The notes under the pieces: model-generated | The model's database searches: none | Told to the model about the DNA's origin: nothing | What the model saw: the letters and a program-made list of their open reading frames with translations, nothing else | Program-made: the position numbers and the translations under genes | Shown here: one piece after another, positions 1-9,335 of the stretch | How the letters are laid out: the number at the start of each line of letters is the position of its first letter | Position numbering within the stretch: position 1 is the first letter of the stretch | From: Spartobacteria bacterium | GTDB taxonomy: Bacteria > Verrucomicrobiota > Verrucomicrobiia > Chthoniobacterales > UBA6821 | Reading direction: 5' to 3' | Assembly: GCA_947487385.1 (NCBI GenBank) | Contig: CANKWU010000006.1 | Location: forward strand, 24,274 to 88,273 | Length of the DNA: 64,000 bases

Positions 1-388
1 GAGCATCGGAAAGCGGCAACGCCATATTCGCTTCGCCAGCACAGACCCAGACATCGCCCACAATGACATCATGAAGTTCCAGGCGGTTGTTGCCATTGAT
101 CACCATGACCAATGGGTCGGGCGATGATGGCAATGGGCGCAAGGTGAACCTCCATTTCCCAAAGGCATCGGCCACAGTCTCCTCAGAAAGATTGCCGATT
201 GAAAGGGAGACATGTTCGCCAGGCGAGGCTGAACCCCACACCGGAAGAGTCACTCCCTGCTGAAGCACCATGTGATCGCCAAAAATCGGCGACATCGAGA
301 CATCCGCGTGAAGACCCACTCCAGAGAGCCAGAGAAATACAAAAAACTCACGCAGAGGCGCAGCGGCGCAGAGGGATTTAAGACACAT
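1..388 (-). CDS. Sialate O-acetylesterase (SASA/SGNH) family protein, 5' part (runs off the window edge); catalytic motif degenerate
   Basis: Not in the ORF track. Manual minus-strand translation from ATG at 388: MCLKSLCAAAPLREFFVFLWLSGVGLHADVSMSPIFGDHMVLQQGVTLPVWG...GKWRFTL...LHDVIVGDVWVCAGEANMALPLSDA, matching the family N-terminus (F.DHMVLQ, PVWG, DV..GDVW.CSGQSNM). Confidence 0.85.
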   Translation of the reverse strand, partial: MCLKSLCAAAPLREFFVFLWLSGVGLHADVSMSPIFGDHMVLQQGVTLPVWGSASPGEHVSLSIGNLSEETVADAFGKWRFTLRPLPSSPDPLVMVINGNNRLELHDVIVGDVWVCAGEANMALPLSDA

Positions 389-540
389 CCCCTTCAAGTT
401 TTCCCACAAGCTTTTGAGTTGGCATCTGTGGCCGTTTCTTCAAGTGCCTGATTCTTCTGATTTGCTTGCTTGGCCGTTGCTATGCATCCGTTGCATCCAG
501 ATTAAAAATCTCCGCTCCTCTATGCCTATGCGCCTATGCG
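351..540. repeat. Inverted pair of triple 8-mer arms (CGCAGAGG family) enclosing ~140 bp
   Basis: Left 351-374 CGCAGAGG-CGCAGCGG-CGCAGAGG; right 517-540, whose reverse complement is CGCATAGG-CGCATAGG-CATAGAGG. Confidence 0.7.
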
Positions 541-555
541 CAAGTCACCGGTTCA

Positions 556-2139
556 CTACCTTGGCGCGCGATCCTTCTTGAATCCCTTCACGAACTTGCC
601 CGGCTTTCCTTTTTCAAAGGGAGCTTTGAAGGATGGCTTAAAAGCTGATTTGAATCCCGGCTTAGGCCCCGCTCCGACAGGACCATGAGCGGAATGATGG
701 GATACAACTCCGGGCTCCCGCTGTTGGAAATTTCCTTTCTTGAATCCCTTGGCACCCTTTGCCTGGGCGAACCCCTCGTGGTCGGGCAATTCGTTTGGGA
801 ACTCGCTCTTGCCAGGAACTTTAGGTGCAGAGAAGGACTCCTCGACGTTGGCCTGCCCAAGCAGAAGAGAGAAGAGCGCGGAGCAGACCTCCGTAGCCTG
901 GAAACCCTCCTCCATCAAGCGGTCGGTGAACTGAGTCTGGTCGGCGAATTTGCCGGAGGTAAGGAGTGCCTGCACCTTCCCAAACATCTGCTCGGAACGC
1001 TTCCCCTCTACCTCGGATGGGGTCGGGATATTCGCCCTGCGGATGCGGGAGTGGGTGAACTTCTCAAGATACTGGATCTTGTAGATATCTCGTCCGGTTA
1101 CAAAGGTGGCAGCCATGCCCTTCTTGCCAGCGCGACCGGTACGACCGATGCGATGGACATAGTCCTCAGGATCGTGTGGCAGATCATAGTTAATAACTAC
1201 CTCGAGGGCATCCACGTCGATTCCACGCGCAGCGACATCAGTGGCCACGAGGAACTCGAACTCCGAGTTCTTGAACTTGTTCATGACGCGCGTGCGCTGG
1301 GCTTGGGTAATGCCTCCATGGAGGCGGTCCGCAGAGAATCCCTGAGCAAGTAGGGCATCGGCAAGTTCATCAACCATGCGCTGGGTATTGCAAAAAATGA
1401 TTCCCAGACGGAATCCATAAAAATCGACCAGACGGATTAAAGACTGCGTCTTGCCGCGTGGCGGAATCTCGTAGAAAAACTGCTCAATATCAGGAGCGGC
1501 TACATCCTTGCGCTCGATCGCAACGGTCTTCGCTTCGCGGGAGTAACGGCTGATTAGCTGTTTGATGGGACCGGAGAGGGTGGCGGAGAAGAAGACCGTC
1601 TGTCGCTCATCGGGCGTCGCGTCCAGGATCTTCTGAATGTCGTCGCGGAATCCCATGTCGAGCATCCGGTCGGCCTCGTCCAAGATCGCGACCTTGAGCT
1701 GATCCAGCTTAAGAGTGCCGCGCTCAAGATGGTCGATGATGCGTCCGGGGGTACCGATAACTATCTGAACTCCTTTCTTGAGCTCAAAAAGCTGGCGATC
1801 ATAGGAGGCGCCACCATAGATGGGCACCGAGTGGATAGAGCGCTTGAAGGCAGTCAGCCGGTGTACCTCGTCAGCGACCTGCTCGGCGAGCTCGCGGGTG
1901 GGACAAAGGATCAGAACCTGAACAGCCTTGCTGGCGGGGTCAACTTTTTCGATAGCAGGAATTGCAAATGCTGCCGTCTTTCCGGAGCCTGTCTGGGACT
2001 GCCCCACAAGATCGCCTCCAGCCAGCAGGACGGGAATCGCTGCGGACTGAATCGGCGTTGCCTCCTCAAAACCAAGCTGGGCGACGGCCTTGAGGATTTC
2101 AGGTGAGAGCCCAAGGCTATCGAAGCGGTGTTTTTCCAT
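556..2139 (-). CDS. deaD: DEAD-box ATP-dependent RNA helicase (DeaD/CshA-like)
   Basis: Q motif GFEEATPIQ, SQTGSGKT, PTRELA, TPGR, DEAD, SAT, ARGID, YVHRIGRTGRAG; Lys/Gly/Phe-rich tail. Confidence 0.93.
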   Translation of the reverse strand: MEKHRFDSLGLSPEILKAVAQLGFEEATPIQSAAIPVLLAGGDLVGQSQTGSGKTAAFAIPAIEKVDPASKAVQVLILCPTRELAEQVADEVHRLTAFKRSIHSVPIYGGASYDRQLFELKKGVQIVIGTPGRIIDHLERGTLKLDQLKVAILDEADRMLDMGFRDDIQKILDATPDERQTVFFSATLSGPIKQLISRYSREAKTVAIERKDVAAPDIEQFFYEIPPRGKTQSLIRLVDFYGFRLGIIFCNTQRMVDELADALLAQGFSADRLHGGITQAQRTRVMNKFKNSEFEFLVATDVAARGIDVDALEVVINYDLPHDPEDYVHRIGRTGRAGKKGMAATFVTGRDIYKIQYLEKFTHSRIRRANIPTPSEVEGKRSEQMFGKVQALLTSGKFADQTQFTDRLMEEGFQATEVCSALFSLLLGQANVEESFSAPKVPGKSEFPNELPDHEGFAQAKGAKGFKKGNFQQREPGVVSHHSAHGPVGAGPKPGFKSAFKPSFKAPFEKGKPGKFVKGFKKDRAPR

Positions 2140-2239
2140 AATGATATTAATCTACGCCCTAAAGAGGTCTGCGTCACCCTTGTTCGGAGAAATGAAACCG
2201 ATTCTTTTTCTTTGAGGTCACTGCTGTCATGACTATCCG

Positions 2240-3424
2240 ATGAACCGAGAGACGCCCGAACTGTACGACGCCATTGTGATCGGCGGTGGTGGTGGTGGCA
2301 TGTTCTGCGCATTCACCACGGCGAATCGTGGAAAGAGGGTCCTTCTTCTGGAACACAATGAACGGCTCGGAAAGAAGATCGAGATCTCCGGAGGGGGGCG
2401 TTGTAACTTCACCAATATCAACGCCTCCGCGGAGAATTATCTCTCTAGGAATCGTGATTTCTGCAAGTCAGCATTGGCGCGCTATACTCCCTGGGACTTT
2501 ATCGCCCTCGTCGAAAAGCACGGAATAGCCTACCATGAAAAGAAACTGGGACAGCAGTTCTGCAATGGGAGTTCGCGTCAGATCATCGGAATGCTGGAGA
2601 GAGAATGCCAGGAGTCTGGCGTCCGTATCCTCTCCCACTGTGATGTCCAGGAAGTCGAGAAGACAAATCATTACATCATCCGCACCTCGCGAGGAACCTT
2701 TCAATCCGACGCCTTGGTCGTGGCCACGGGAGGCCTCTCGTTCCCTAAGCTCGGAGCCAGTGATCTCGGCTATCGGATCGCCAGGAAGTTCGGAATCGGC
2801 GTGACAGATATCCGCCCGGGACTTGTGCCCCTCACTTTCCAACCCCACGAAAAAGATTTTTATGCCCCCCTTGCCGGAGTGGCGCTCCCTGTGCGAATCA
2901 GTGCCGGAAACCGTCATTTTGAGGAGGCCATGCTCTTTACCCATCGGGGACTCAGCGGCCCGGCAGCTCTCCAGATCTCCTCTTATTGGGATGGAAATTC
3001 CCCTCTCGCGATTGACCTTCTCCCTGATAAGAAAGACTCGGAGGCCTTCTTCGCAGCAACCCGCAGCGGCACAACAGCATTGCAGAATCTTTCCAAGATC
3101 TGGCCCCGGCGGTTTGCCGAGTCATGGTGTGATAGGAACGCACCTGAGAAGCCGCTTGCAAGTTGCAGCAAGGAGGAGATTGAGAGACTCGATGCGTCGC
3201 TTCATGAATGGAAACAGTCCTTCGCCGGGACGGAGGGCTATCCGAAGGCGGAGGTCACCTGCGGCGGGATCGACACCGGTGAACTCTCTTCCAAGACCAT
3301 GGAATCTCGTAAAGTTCCGGGCCTTTATTTCATCGGTGAAGTTGTGGATGTCACGGGCTGGCTAGGCGGCTATAACTTCCAATGGGCCTGGGCCAGTGCC
3401 AGTGCCTGCGGTACAGCAATTTGA
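2240..3424 (+). CDS. HI0933/YhiN/BaiN family NAD(P)/FAD-dependent flavoprotein
   Basis: N-terminal IVIGGGGGG, GKKIEISGGGRCNFTN, ATGGLSFPKLGA, LFTHRGLSGPA, GEVVDVTGWLGGYNFQWAWASA. Confidence 0.92.
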   Translation: MNRETPELYDAIVIGGGGGGMFCAFTTANRGKRVLLLEHNERLGKKIEISGGGRCNFTNINASAENYLSRNRDFCKSALARYTPWDFIALVEKHGIAYHEKKLGQQFCNGSSRQIIGMLERECQESGVRILSHCDVQEVEKTNHYIIRTSRGTFQSDALVVATGGLSFPKLGASDLGYRIARKFGIGVTDIRPGLVPLTFQPHEKDFYAPLAGVALPVRISAGNRHFEEAMLFTHRGLSGPAALQISSYWDGNSPLAIDLLPDKKDSEAFFAATRSGTTALQNLSKIWPRRFAESWCDRNAPEKPLASCSKEEIERLDASLHEWKQSFAGTEGYPKAEVTCGGIDTGELSSKTMESRKVPGLYFIGEVVDVTGWLGGYNFQWAWASASACGTAI

Positions 3425-3437
3425 TTCTGGGATTTTT

Positions 3438-3573
3438 AATATGGAACTCAGGAACAAATGCCAAAAGATCAACTGAAGGCATCTTTAAATAATTTGGAAA
3501 ACCAAGAGGAGCTGGCTCCATCATGATACTGTTTATTTCAGTTCCTTATTCCTGAGTTCCTGAGTTCCATATT
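3438..3573. repeat. Intergenic inverted-repeat element, GGAACTCA 8-mer family, copy 1
   Basis: AATATGGAACTCAGGAAC (3438-3455) and its exact reverse complement GTTCCTGAGTTCCATATT (3556-3573); the right arm has an extra unit. Confidence 0.85.
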
Positions 3574-3594
3574 TAATCTTTTTTTCTTCTTCCC

Positions 3595-4065
3595 TTGCGT
3601 AAACGCAATCCCCACAAGACTTCCGATCCTCGTCGCGATACCGAGGAGGCTATTGCCAGTGTCCGTCAGATCTATGCGGAACTTAAGGCTAACCCTCCCG
3701 AGCGCAATTGCACTCTGCTGACCGAGTGCTGCCGCTTTCAACTCACAGGTGCGACTCCCGTTCTGACGAAGGGAGAGGCACTCACGGCGGCGAAGGCTGT
3801 CCGCGCAGCAGGCAGAAAGGAACTTCCGAACCGCGAGGATGGAGCCTGTCCGCTGCTTCACCCCTACACGTCACGCTGCATGATCTATGAGGGACGACCC
3901 TTCGGATGCCGCACCCACTTCTGCCAAGCCGCAGGAGGTCCCTATACCAGAAAGGAAGTCTCTGATTGGATCCATCGACTTGAGGATATCGACGAACGCC
4001 TTGGTGGAGATGGAGGTCGCGATATCACTGTCGCGATACGCGATGCCCTGGAGGACTTGAAGTAG
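3595..4065 (+). CDS. YkgJ family cysteine-cluster (Zn/Fe-chelating) protein
   Basis: CTLLTECC, GACPLL, CMIYEGRPFGCRTHFC. Confidence 0.85.
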   Translation: MRKRNPHKTSDPRRDTEEAIASVRQIYAELKANPPERNCTLLTECCRFQLTGATPVLTKGEALTAAKAVRAAGRKELPNREDGACPLLHPYTSRCMIYEGRPFGCRTHFCQAAGGPYTRKEVSDWIHRLEDIDERLGGDGGRDITVAIRDALEDLK

Positions 4066-4090
4066 TGGTTAAAAGCCCGAGCAGCATTTT

Positions 4091-4146
4091 AATATGGAAC
4101 TCAAGAACTCAGGAAAGACTTTGAAACTCCAGGAGAATCCATATTT
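4091..4146. repeat. GGAACTCA 8-mer family element, copy 2 (right arm degenerate)
   Basis: AATATGGAACTCAAGAACTCAGGAA at 4091-4115; residual TCCATATTT at 4138-4146. Confidence 0.7.
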
Positions 4147-4236
4147 CAAGCTTCCATCATTGAGCGCCATAGATCCTTTTTTGCTTTTCATGCTGCCTTC
4201 TTCCTTTCCATCTCTTACTGATTTCGTGATTAACTG

Positions 4237-5064
4237 ATGGCCATGGAGAAACGCCCCGGCACAACACTCGTCATCATTGGTCATGGATCGACGACCAACC
4301 CCGACTCCAGCGAACCGAATCATCGTTTAGCGGATGCCATTCGCGAGCGGGGTATTTTTGATCAGATCCTCTGTTGTTTTTGGAAGGAAGAGCCCTCGAT
4401 GCGCGAAGTGATGCATTCCGTCTCCTCTCCGGAGGTCTACATCGTCCCGAACTTTATCAGCGAGGGGTACTTCACCCAGACCGTGATCCCTAGGGAACTG
4501 GAACTCGAAGGCCCCCTCACCCGACGAAACGGCAAGACCATCCGATACTGCGAACCGGTCGGCAACCATCCCTCGATGACAGAGGTGCTGCTTAAGCGCG
4601 CGCGTGAGACAGCACCAGGAGTCCCAACCAAGGAAACTAGCCTGCTGATCGTCGGCCACGGGACAAATCTGAATGACAATTCCGCCAAGGCGGCAAAGAC
4701 CCAGGTTCGACTTCTTTCCAATCTCGATCTCTACGCGGAGGTCCTTCCGACTTACATGGAGGAGTCCCCCTTGATCAGCGACTGGGCAACCATGACAAGT
4801 CAGCGGCATGTCGTCGTGATCCCCTTCTTTATAAGTGACGGACTCCATAGCTATCAGGATATTCCCGTACTGCTTGGCATCCGCGAGGAAGTCGGGCCAG
4901 CTGCAAGCCAGTCGGAAGTCTTCCAGTCCAACCCTCACCACCTCCAAGGCAAGGAGCTCTACTATGGAAGCGCGATCGGCACCGATCCGATGATGGCCGA
5001 TGTCATCCTTGATCAAGTAAAGGCGTTCGATGAGGCCCTTGATCAGTCGATGGTCTTGAATTAG
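4237..5064 (+). CDS. cbiX: CbiX/SirB family sirohydrochlorin chelatase (two-domain)
   Basis: Duplicated motifs IIGHGS...FWKEEP...VPNFISEGYF and IVGHGT...YMEESP...IPFFISDGLHSYQDIP. Confidence 0.8.
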   Translation: MAMEKRPGTTLVIIGHGSTTNPDSSEPNHRLADAIRERGIFDQILCCFWKEEPSMREVMHSVSSPEVYIVPNFISEGYFTQTVIPRELELEGPLTRRNGKTIRYCEPVGNHPSMTEVLLKRARETAPGVPTKETSLLIVGHGTNLNDNSAKAAKTQVRLLSNLDLYAEVLPTYMEESPLISDWATMTSQRHVVVIPFFISDGLHSYQDIPVLLGIREEVGPAASQSEVFQSNPHHLQGKELYYGSAIGTDPMMADVILDQVKAFDEALDQSMVLN

Positions 5065-5081
5065 GCACCCCAAGAAATTGC

Positions 5082-7691
5082 ATGAACTATTCAAGGATGA
5101 GGAGCTTGGCACTTCTTCTCCTGCTTGGTTCGCCATCCCTCAAGTCAGAAGAGCAATCCCTTCTTCCGCTACCTCCATCCCCACCGACCCCTTCTCACTA
5201 CCCTCCAGAAGTCGTCGAGAGAAGAGTCGATCATCTCCTCTCAAAGCTGACACAAGGTGAGAAGATCAGCCTCTTGTCGGGCGATGGCTTTGACGGAATG
5301 TCAACGGAATCGATTCCGAGACTCGGCATCCCGAAATTGCTAATGGCTGACGGCCCTCAGGGTATCAGGGCTCATGGACCGGCTTGCTCCTTTCCCAGCG
5401 GGATCGCTCTGGCGGCAACATGGGATCAAAAACTTGCCTACGAGTATGGTGCGGCAATTGGACGGGAGGCTCGGGCACGCGGTATCCACATCCAACTCGG
5501 ACCGGGTGTGAACATTGCCCGGACGCCGCTGAACGGAAGGAACTTCGAGTATTACGGCGAAGATCCCTACCTCACCGGTGAGATGGCATCGCGTTGGATC
5601 CAGGGAATTCAGGCCCAAGGGGTCGTCGCCACGGTGAAACACTTTGTCGGCAACGACGAGGAGTGGCGCCGCATGGAGATCGAATCGCTGATTGATGAGC
5701 AGACGCTTCGGGAAATTTACCTCCAGCCCTTTTATAAAGCGGTCCGCCAAGGAGGCGTTTGGGCGGTGATGTCTGCCTATAACAAGCTCAACGGATTTCC
5801 CTGCACTGGCAACGACCACCTGCAAAATGGAATCCTTAAAAAGGAGTGGGGCTTCCCGGGGATCGTCATGTCGGACTGGTGGGCGACTCAATCCGTGAAG
5901 GCGCTTGCCAAGGGTCTCGATCTGGAAATGCCGATGGGATACCAGGTCACGAAGGAAAGTATCACCAAGGCTCTGGAGGAGAAAATACTCAGCCAGGAGC
6001 AGATCGATCAGGCTGTCAGGAGACTTCTCCGAATGGCTGTCTCCATGGGATTCCTCGATACCAAGCAACAGAGAAATGATTTCCCCCTGGATTCCCAAAA
6101 AAACTCCTCACTCGCTCTCGACGTTGCCACCAAGTCAATCGTCCTACTCAAAAACTCCCCGCCCCTCCTCCCCCTCAACCGAAACTCCCTCAGGCAAGTC
6201 GTCGTCTACGGGCCGAATGCCCAGGATACGCCAGCTGTCGGGGGTGGAAGCGGCGAGGTGGAGCCTTTCCGCAAAGTGAGCTTTCTCGAAGGCATTCGTG
6301 ACGCCCTGCCCAAGGAAACGAAGGTCTTCTATGCTCCCATGCCCCTGAGCAAACCCTTCTCTCTTTCCAATTTTCTGGAATTCGGAAAAGAAATCCCGGC
6401 TCCACCTAGGATTGTCGCTATCAGGAGTATGACTTGTGTCACGCAATCCAACTTCACCAAAGTCACTGTCAGCAGGGCAAAAAAGATCGAGGTCTCTTGG
6501 ACACATCGTTCCCCTCCGGAAGGAGTTCCCAAAGATCAGGAAGCCCGTGTGACGTGGGATGCCGAGATCGAGGTGCCGGTATCTGGCAACTATGAACTCC
6601 TCACCACCGGCCATCCAGAGATCCGCTTAGGCAATAAGGAACTCGGAAATCCTGAGAGCTATGTGATGACCCTGGACAAAGGAGCGTCCATTCCTCTTCG
6701 TGTCACCGCCAGTGAAGTGGGTCGAGGGAGTGGGCATATCTCGGTAAGAATCAGAATGGTCCCGGAGGAAGCCATTGGACTTTTTCCAGCCAAGGTTGCC
6801 GATGTGGCCATTGTCTGCGTCGGCCTGAATCCGGATGTCGAGGGAGAGGGGTACGACCGGGGATTTACCCTTCCGGTTGCCCAACAGCAGCTCATTGCAC
6901 AGGTTGCCTCGGCCAATCCAAGAACGATCGTCGTGCTCAGCGGCGGTGCAGCCATCGACATGAGGGCCTGGATTGAACGTGTCCCCGCAATCCTCCAGAC
7001 CTGGTACCTAGGCCAGAGTGCCGGTACGGCCCTTGCATCGATCCTCTTTGGAGATGCCAACCCTTCAGGACATCTCCCTTGTACATTCGACAGAGCGATT
7101 GAGGAAAATCCTTCCCACGTCGAGTATCCAGGGACATTCCAGGCAGGAAAAGAATGGCCTGTCGTGAACTATAAGGAAGGGATTTTCTACGGTTATAGAG
7201 GCTATGACCGGGCGGGTAAAGAACCGCTTTTCCCATTTGGCTTTGGACTGAGTTATACGAGTTTCGATCTCTCAGGACTCACCGTGACACAGACCGACAA
7301 TGGACACTCCATCTCAGTGAATGTATCCAATACGGGAAAACGCCCGGGAGCCACCGTGGCGCAGTTGTATGTCGGGCTACCTGATGAATCAACCCCCCGT
7401 CCGCTCCGAGAGCTGAAAGGATTTCGACGGATCGAATTGAATCCCGGGGAAACGAAAACAATCATCATTCCCCTCCCCGACACCTCCCTCATGTACTGGC
7501 ATCCGCTGAAGAACCAGTGGGTCATGCCTGAGGGAGCGGTCTCCATCGAAGTGGGTTTCTCCGAACGCGACATCCGCATGAAGGCTCTACTTCCAAAAAT
7601 TGAGCCTCCAAGGTTGGAGCCACCGAAGTCAGACCCCATAGGGTCAGTTTCCTTAAGATTAGTGCCATCTCTCATCACAAACGCTCTGTGA
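5082..7691 (+). CDS. Secreted GH3 beta-glucosidase with PA14-like insert and Fn3-like C-terminal domain
   Basis: Signal peptide; DGPQG, GRNFEYYGEDP, KHF, nucleophile motif VMSDW, EGEGYDR, YKEGIFYGYR, FPFGFGLSYT, RELKGF. Confidence 0.92.
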   Translation: MNYSRMRSLALLLLLGSPSLKSEEQSLLPLPPSPPTPSHYPPEVVERRVDHLLSKLTQGEKISLLSGDGFDGMSTESIPRLGIPKLLMADGPQGIRAHGPACSFPSGIALAATWDQKLAYEYGAAIGREARARGIHIQLGPGVNIARTPLNGRNFEYYGEDPYLTGEMASRWIQGIQAQGVVATVKHFVGNDEEWRRMEIESLIDEQTLREIYLQPFYKAVRQGGVWAVMSAYNKLNGFPCTGNDHLQNGILKKEWGFPGIVMSDWWATQSVKALAKGLDLEMPMGYQVTKESITKALEEKILSQEQIDQAVRRLLRMAVSMGFLDTKQQRNDFPLDSQKNSSLALDVATKSIVLLKNSPPLLPLNRNSLRQVVVYGPNAQDTPAVGGGSGEVEPFRKVSFLEGIRDALPKETKVFYAPMPLSKPFSLSNFLEFGKEIPAPPRIVAIRSMTCVTQSNFTKVTVSRAKKIEVSWTHRSPPEGVPKDQEARVTWDAEIEVPVSGNYELLTTGHPEIRLGNKELGNPESYVMTLDKGASIPLRVTASEVGRGSGHISVRIRMVPEEAIGLFPAKVADVAIVCVGLNPDVEGEGYDRGFTLPVAQQQLIAQVASANPRTIVVLSGGAAIDMRAWIERVPAILQTWYLGQSAGTALASILFGDANPSGHLPCTFDRAIEENPSHVEYPGTFQAGKEWPVVNYKEGIFYGYRGYDRAGKEPLFPFGFGLSYTSFDLSGLTVTQTDNGHSISVNVSNTGKRPGATVAQLYVGLPDESTPRPLRELKGFRRIELNPGETKTIIIPLPDTSLMYWHPLKNQWVMPEGAVSIEVGFSERDIRMKALLPKIEPPRLEPPKSDPIGSVSLRLVPSLITNAL

Positions 7692-7703
7692 CGAAAATGT
7701 AAC
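7686..7703 (+). promoter_or_regulatory. Candidate Pho box upstream of the phosphate transporter
   Basis: CTGTGACGAAAATGTAAC resembles the PhoB consensus (two TGTCA-like half-sites 11 bp apart), ~60 bp before the pit start. Confidence 0.4.
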
Positions 7704-7759
7704 CTGAAGATGAAAGAAGGGACTTATCGAATCTCTTTCCTCTCAACTATATTCTGCTG

Positions 7760-9262
7760 ATGCACCTTTTGATTGCTGACTTCGCTTCTGTAGGACTTGG
7801 AACTTGGGCTCTACTGGGATTGGCGCTTCTGCTGGCACTAGCCTTCGAGTTTGCCAATGGTTTCCATGACACGGCGAATGCTGTAGCCACAGTCATCTAC
7901 ACCCACACCCTTCCCGCGGTTCCCGCCGTGATCTGGTCGGGATTCTTCAACTTCCTCGGCGTGCTCACCTCCACGGGAGCCGTCGCATTTAGCATCGTTA
8001 ATCTGCTCCCTGTGGAACTCGTGATCCACATCGGATCGGCCGCTGGATTTGCAATGGTCTTCTCACTTCTGGTCTCAGCGATTCTATGGAATCTCGGCAC
8101 TTGGTACTTGGGACTACCCGCATCCAGCTCTCACACCCTGATCGGATCCATCATTGGTGTAGGCATTGCCAATGCCTTGATGAGTGACTCTCACTACTGG
8201 GGTGATGGTGTCAATTGGTCCAAGGCCAAGGAAGTCGGCATGGCCCTGCTTATCTCACCTGTCATCGGATTCTGCATGGCCGCCCTTCTGCTAATCGTCA
8301 TGAAGATTCTTATCAAGAATCCCAAGCTCTACTCGACTCCAGACGGACATCACCCTCCACCGGGGTGGATCCGCGCCCTGCTCATGTTCACCTGCACAGG
8401 GGTGAGCTTTGCCCACGGCTCCAACGACGGCCAGAAAGGGATGGGCCTCATCATGCTGATCTTGGTCGGCATCCTTCCCACAACTTACGCTCTAAAGAGC
8501 GAGAGCTCCTCGGCCGAGATCGCATCCCTCCGCTCGGGGCTTGCCGCCTCGATCTCCTACTCATCCGCTCACGCTACTGGGGCGAATACCTCCACGGTGA
8601 ATTCCGATCCAGGCAAGGTCATCACCTCTTTCCTCAGGGGCCATCACTCCACGACACCCGATCTCTTCGCAGCGATCGGTGCTATTGCTAAAAAATCCGA
8701 GACCACCCTTGGAAGCTTCGAATCGCTGAATAAGATTCCAGAGGACAAACGCGGAGGATTCCGATCCGATCTTTACTTGCTCTCCTCCGTCTCCTCGAAG
8801 CTGGCAAAGAATCATCAGCTGGATTCCCCAGCTGCGGAGAAAGAGGCCAAGAAACTCACGTCCTGCATCAACGGTGTCACCAACTTCATCCCGATCTGGG
8901 TGAAGGTAGCCGTGGCTCTTGCGCTAGGTTGCGGAACAATGGTCGGATGGAAACGCATCGTTGTGACCGTCGGTGAGAAAATCGGTAAAACCCACATGAC
9001 CTATGGTCAGGGTGCGGCCGCAGAACTCGTCGCCATGATCACCATCAGCCTAGCCGATATCCTGGGCCTGCCTGTCAGCACCACCCATGTCCTCTCCTCA
9101 GGTGTTGCAGGAACCATGGCCGCCAACGGCTCCGGTCTCCAGATGGCGACCGTGCGGAATATTCTCATGGCCTGGGTACTAACCCTTCCTGTCTGCGTCT
9201 TCCTCGGAGCAGGCCTCTTCGCGCTCGCTCTCAATCTGATCGCCAAGCTCGGATTCCAGTAA
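7760..9262 (+). CDS. pitA: Inorganic phosphate transporter, PiT family
   Basis: GFHDTANAVAT, GLPASSSH, FAHGSNDGQKGMG, LPVSTTH. Confidence 0.92.
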   Translation: MHLLIADFASVGLGTWALLGLALLLALAFEFANGFHDTANAVATVIYTHTLPAVPAVIWSGFFNFLGVLTSTGAVAFSIVNLLPVELVIHIGSAAGFAMVFSLLVSAILWNLGTWYLGLPASSSHTLIGSIIGVGIANALMSDSHYWGDGVNWSKAKEVGMALLISPVIGFCMAALLLIVMKILIKNPKLYSTPDGHHPPPGWIRALLMFTCTGVSFAHGSNDGQKGMGLIMLILVGILPTTYALKSESSSAEIASLRSGLAASISYSSAHATGANTSTVNSDPGKVITSFLRGHHSTTPDLFAAIGAIAKKSETTLGSFESLNKIPEDKRGGFRSDLYLLSSVSSKLAKNHQLDSPAAEKEAKKLTSCINGVTNFIPIWVKVAVALALGCGTMVGWKRIVVTVGEKIGKTHMTYGQGAAAELVAMITISLADILGLPVSTTHVLSSGVAGTMAANGSGLQMATVRNILMAWVLTLPVCVFLGAGLFALALNLIAKLGFQ

Positions 9263-9335
9263 GAGCAATCACAGAATTCATTTTTCAGAAGCTGCTTGAT
9301 CGCAGCTTTTGAAGCGGATGCATTGAGTTGTTTCC

